IMG/VR virus record: IMGVR_UViG_3300048817_000099 | Direction: 5' to 3' (one strand) | DNA: 20,000 nt | Source of the DNA: an uncultured virus (IMG/VR IMGVR_UViG_3300048817_000099) | Lineage: Duplodnaviria; Heunggongvirae; Uroviricota; Caudoviricetes | In this document: in pieces, positions 17,118-20,000 of the stretch | Layout: each line of letters begins with the position of its first letter | Position numbering within the stretch: the first letter of the stretch is position 1 | Notes under the pieces: generated by a model | Database searches by the model: none | The model's input: only the letters and a program-made list of their open reading frames with translations | Told to the model about the DNA's origin: nothing | Program-made: the position numbers and the translations under genes

Positions 17118-17202
17118 AGCCCGACGCCCCACACCTTGGCTAACCGCAGCGGACCCAACCACACCATGCCTTGGCGTACCAAATCTCACCGTACCAAGAC
17201 GG
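17118..17202 (-). repeat. Array of 17 in-register degenerate pentamers (GNY-NN, consensus GGY-NN); candidate ncRNA
   Basis: The plus strand has C at every fifth position from 17120 to 17200. Minus-strand triplets are GTC,GGT,GGT,GAT,GGT,GCC,GGC,GGT,GGT,GGT,GCT,GGT,GCC,GGT,GGG,GTC,GCT, separated by variable dinucleotides. Confidence 0.85.
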
Positions 17203-17204
17203 CC

Positions 17205-17234
17205 ATTCTAGCTTCCCCGGTCGCTTTACGCTAA
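17205..17234 (-). promoter_or_regulatory. Putative promoter for the pentamer array
   Basis: TAGAAT -10 box (17210-17205) ends a few nt before the first repeat. The -35 is weak (TTAGCG, 18-nt spacer). Confidence 0.5.
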
Positions 17235-17267
17235 CCTTTAAGCCTGAACAGAAAACCCGACCCCGCC

Positions 17268-17435
17268 ATGGTCGGTATCCGGCAGCGGCCGTCCTGTGGT
17301 CACGCCATGTTGGTCGAGTGCCCGCTGACCGCCCGTGATTGGGAGGAAGTCTTCTTCGCCATGGTGGCGTTCCGTGGAGTCTGTCGTTCGGTAAGTGAGA
17401 GGGCGCATCGTCGCGCCGAGGAGTCCCATGCCTGA
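17268..17435 (+). CDS. Small hypothetical protein (55 aa)
   Basis: MVGIRQRPSCGHAMLVECPLTARDWEEVFFAMVAFRGVCRSVSERAHRRAEESHA*. Has an 8-nt ATGCCTGA overlap with the next gene; the start is uncertain. Confidence 0.45.
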   Translation: MVGIRQRPSCGHAMLVECPLTARDWEEVFFAMVAFRGVCRSVSERAHRRAEESHA

Positions 17436-17583
17436 CCTCAAACTGATCAAGGGCGGCAAGCCCGAGCCACCAACGCTTCCCCGATTCTTCTGCCTGAACT
17501 GCGATGCCGAAGCTGGGTCTGAGGAAGAGTTCGCGGCTCTGGGTCATGCTTTCGGCACGCCCTGTCCTGAACGAGGCGCCTAA
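17428..17583 (+). CDS. Small zinc-finger-like protein (51 aa)
   Basis: GAGGAG upstream of ATG 17428. MPDLKLIKGGK...CLNC...H.....C. Confidence 0.6.
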   Translation: MPDLKLIKGGKPEPPTLPRFFCLNCDAEAGSEEEFAALGHAFGTPCPERGA

Positions 17584-18035
17584 CCCGCCTTCCGTCTCTC
17601 CCGCGCCACCTCAATCCGACACTCCCGGCACGCCCACCCGCCAGGCACGTAGATGATGTTCGGCTTCGTGAACTGGTGACCCATGACGCAGTGGCTCCGC
17701 CCCTCGTTCCACTCCGCCAGGTTGATCGACCCCAGCACGTTCTCCACGGCCACCTTCGGCCGGACGTGATCCGGGTTCACGCATAGCCGGCGGGTGCAGG
17801 CGAAGTGCTTGAGCCGTAGACCCTTCGGTATCGGCTTGCCCCAGGCGATCTCCCAGCCCACTCGGTGAGCGTGCGTGTTGTGGCCGTCGCGGTATATCTC
17901 GGGGTAGCCGTCGCCGGTCAGATGACCGGTCCATAGCCAGCACGGTCCGAGGTCGGGGCGCAGATCGGCTATCGGCCCATCGGTATCGACGTTGGCGAAG
18001 AACCGTTCCTCGACTGGGATTTTGAGCCTTGCCAC
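17580..18035 (-). CDS. HNH homing endonuclease with C-terminal zinc-binding domain
   Basis: RFF..VD, CWLWTG....GY, AHRV.WE, H.AC....CVNPDH.......EN and HCVMGH.F...N.......CREC motifs. Probable GTG start at 18035 or 18041 (TAACTT lies 7 nt before 18035, consistent with a leaderless mRNA). Confidence 0.85.
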   Translation of the reverse strand: MARLKIPVEERFFANVDTDGPIADLRPDLGPCWLWTGHLTGDGYPEIYRDGHNTHAHRVGWEIAWGKPIPKGLRLKHFACTRRLCVNPDHVRPKVAVENVLGSINLAEWNEGRSHCVMGHQFTKPNIIYVPGGWACRECRIEVARERRKAG

Positions 18036-18114
18036 AGGCACGAAGTTACCGCGCTTACCGACACCGAGCTTGCCCCGTGTTTCCCTGTCACCACACCACC
18101 GATAGGAGAGACAC

Positions 18115-18633
18115 ATGGTAACCAACGCAGTCGAATCACTCGGGACCTTCGGAGAGGTCGAGGACGAGGAAGACCTCGACGGGCTCGGCGACCCACCGAT
18201 TCCCTTCACGCTGGTCGGCTACGAGGCGAAGAAAGGAACCGACGGCAAGCACAAGCGCCGGGAGTTCACCTTCCACGTCCGTCCGACCGCCGGCTTCGGC
18301 CCGCTGTTCAACGTCCTCCACCACGTCGACGACAGCGGGAAGATTCCCGAGCAGGTGGCGGCCCGGTTCCTTTTCGCCGCCCTGATTGCCGAGGACCAGC
18401 CCCGGTTCACCAAAACGCTGGACGACCCCAGCATCGAGTTCCGGGCCGAGCTGCTCGGTGAGTTCGCCATGAGACTCGGGGAGCGGTATGGCCTGCGCCC
18501 TACCCAGCCGCGGTCCGCACGGCGCAGTGGGCCGCGGCGTACTGGAACGACGTCAACGGCCGGGCGCTCCAGAAAGGCATCGACCTCGAAGCGTGTGACG
18601 CCGCGCACGCGCTCGACATCATCTACTCCATGA
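18115..18633 (+). CDS. Tail assembly chaperone (short form)
   Basis: SD AGGAG; lies just upstream of the tape measure gene. C-terminal YG.RPT.P.S....GP..TG.TST tail is typical of the zero-frame product. Confidence 0.8.
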   Translation: MVTNAVESLGTFGEVEDEEDLDGLGDPPIPFTLVGYEAKKGTDGKHKRREFTFHVRPTAGFGPLFNVLHHVDDSGKIPEQVAARFLFAALIAEDQPRFTKTLDDPSIEFRAELLGEFAMRLGERYGLRPTQPRSARRSGPRRTGTTSTAGRSRKASTSKRVTPRTRSTSSTP

Positions 18634-18821
18634 TTCTCGACGACTTCGGCCCGAACGCCACCCGGTATGAGGCACGGTCCAAGGTGGACGAGAAACTGGC
18701 CGAGCCCTTCGACACCGAAGAGGCCGAGGAGTACCACCGCGACCTCTGGAATCAGCGGAACATCGAGGCCATGCGCTCGGGCGGAATCGGAACCCACGAC
18801 GACCCGCACTTCATGGGCTGA
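18115..18821 (+). CDS. Tail assembly chaperone, long form via -1 programmed frameshift
   Basis: The -1 frame is open from 18462 to TGA 18821 and reads PYPAAVRTAQWAAAYWNDVNGRALQKGIDLEACDAAHALDIIYSMILDD..., with no ATG until 18630. Confidence 0.75.
18496..18538 (+). promoter_or_regulatory. Probable frameshift site CGC-CCT-AC plus stimulatory hairpin
   Basis: A CCT to CCC -1 slip is possible. A 12-bp stem (18507-18518 with 18527-18538) starts 5 nt downstream. Confidence 0.6.
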
Positions 18822-18824
18822 GCC

Positions 18825-20000
18825 GTGATTGTCGGCACCGCCAGCGTCCTGCTTTTGGCCGACGACTCGGAGTTCGAGGCGTCACTCAGCGAGGGAGCAG
18901 CACCGGCATTCGAGGGGCTGGTCGACGAGGCCCGGGCCGCTGGTGCCGAAGCAGGGACAGGACTGACCGGTGGTATCACCGAGGGGCTGGTACCGCTGGC
19001 CGAAGAGGCCGATGCCGCCGGCACCGAGGCTGGGGTGGCTCTACGGGACCGGCTGGCCGAGGGGCTCGAGGGCATCACTGGCGATGTTGATGCCGTAGCT
19101 GCGGGCCTTGGCGAGAAACTGGTCGGAGCGGGGACTGCTGCCGGGACGGAGACCGGAGACGCCATCCGTGCTGGCATCACGCCCGCTCTCGCCGAAACAG
19201 GGGATGAGGCCGAGGCTCTGGCTGCCCGCATCGCCGCCTTGTTCGACGGGGCCAGGGAATCGGTTGTCCCCTTCTCCGACGAACTACTGGTGACCCGTGA
19301 CTCCACGGTGGAGCTCGGCGAGGCCACCACGGAACTGAGCGTCGAACAGGCGACGGCTGCGGCCCGGGCGGACCTGCTCACCGCGGCGCAGGCTCAACTG
19401 GTAGCGGCCAATGAGGCCCTCATCGACGTACAGACCAAGGTGGCCGAGGGGACCCTCACCGGAACCGACGCGTCCGAAGCCCAAGCAGCGGCCCTGAGTG
19501 AGCAGACAGCAGCAAGTCGGGCTGCCGCGGCCGCAGCGGCAGCGGAAGCCAGCGCCCAGGAAGCACTGACGGTCTCCCTCGGCGAATCGGCCGAAGCCAG
19601 TCGGGCCACAACCGGGGCGGTCGGAGAACTGGCCGTCTCCGAGGATGCCGCCGGAGCCAGCGCTGAGAAATCCTCTGGGGGCATCAAAAGCATGCTCGGG
19701 AGCCTGGGAGTGCCCGAGTCACTTCTGGGCGGCTGGGGGGCACTGGGGGTGGCTCTCGTCGGCGTCGGTGGGGTCGCCCTGGATCTGGGGAAGAAGATGC
19801 AGGCGGCGGATACGGCCATCGCCGTGGCCTCGGGTACGTCGGTCAAGTCGGCCACCGCCATCGGCGACGCCATGCTGGGCACAGCGGGCAAGGTCGAGTT
19901 CAGCGCCGAGGAGCAGGCCACCGCCTTCGCGTCCGTCGCCGGCCAGCTCAAGTCGACCGAGGGGGCTGCACTCAACACCGGCCAGGCCATGCAGGTGATG
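18825..20000 (+). CDS. Tape measure protein (5' part, runs off the window)
   Basis: GTG start (MIVGTASVLLLADDSEFE...), open for 392 codons to the window edge. Ala/Gly/Glu-rich helical sequence with AAG.E.G repeats; follows the chaperone. Confidence 0.85.
   Translation, partial: MIVGTASVLLLADDSEFEASLSEGAAPAFEGLVDEARAAGAEAGTGLTGGITEGLVPLAEEADAAGTEAGVALRDRLAEGLEGITGDVDAVAAGLGEKLVGAGTAAGTETGDAIRAGITPALAETGDEAEALAARIAALFDGARESVVPFSDELLVTRDSTVELGEATTELSVEQATAAARADLLTAAQAQLVAANEALIDVQTKVAEGTLTGTDASEAQAAALSEQTAASRAAAAAAAAEASAQEALTVSLGESAEASRATTGAVGELAVSEDAAGASAEKSSGGIKSMLGSLGVPESLLGGWGALGVALVGVGGVALDLGKKMQAADTAIAVASGTSVKSATAIGDAMLGTAGKVEFSAEEQATAFASVAGQLKSTEGAALNTGQAMQVM

Noticed and set aside
17118..17202. 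CRISPR array or coding repeat interpretation of the pentamer tract
   Set aside because: There are no 25-40 nt repeats with spacers. The minus-strand ORFs crossing it (16730-17182, 17140-17547) give W/G/V-rich text expected from translating a period-5 repeat.
17240..17300. Minus-strand GYRPWRGRVF as a relic of a RAMP G-rich loop upstream of the array
   Set aside because: The resemblance is loose, the rest of the frame has no supporting motifs, and the plus strand holds a more plausible coupled ORF.
18630..18821. Independent 63-aa gene
   Set aside because: The protein-like reading begins about 45 codons upstream of this ATG, which fits the frameshifted chaperone extension better.
18752..19990. 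Minus-strand ORFs 18752-19381 and 19394-19990
   Set aside because: They are antisense shadows of the tape measure gene, which the ORF track missed because it has no stop in the window.
1..20000. tRNA, rRNA, integrase, transposase or reverse transcriptase/DGR
   Set aside because: No such motifs or template/variable repeat pairs were seen by eye.

Overview
High-GC tailed-phage (siphovirus) virion module of the actinobacteriophage type; gene order and motifs resemble cluster-B-like mycobacteriophages and related Streptomyces/Gordonia phages. The + strand order is: partial upstream CDS, DUF1360-like membrane protein, portal-MuF fusion interrupted by a class 3 intein, large prohead protease, small Cys-rich ORFs, major capsid (hexamer) protein, capsid pentamer-like protein, major tail protein, head-tail adaptor, tail terminator-like protein, a GH99-like glycosidase plus a truncated phosphoesterase, and an HK97 gp10-like neck protein. 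An accessory island follows, then the tail assembly chaperone with a probable -1 frameshift and the start of the tape measure gene. The most striking unexplained element is an 85-nt non-coding array of 17 in-register pentamers (minus strand GNY-NN, mostly GGY-NN, 17118-17202) directly behind a TAGAAT -10 box. It looks like a separately transcribed guide-like RNA whose variable dinucleotides could encode a target. All functional calls come from motif recognition by eye; no database searches were run.
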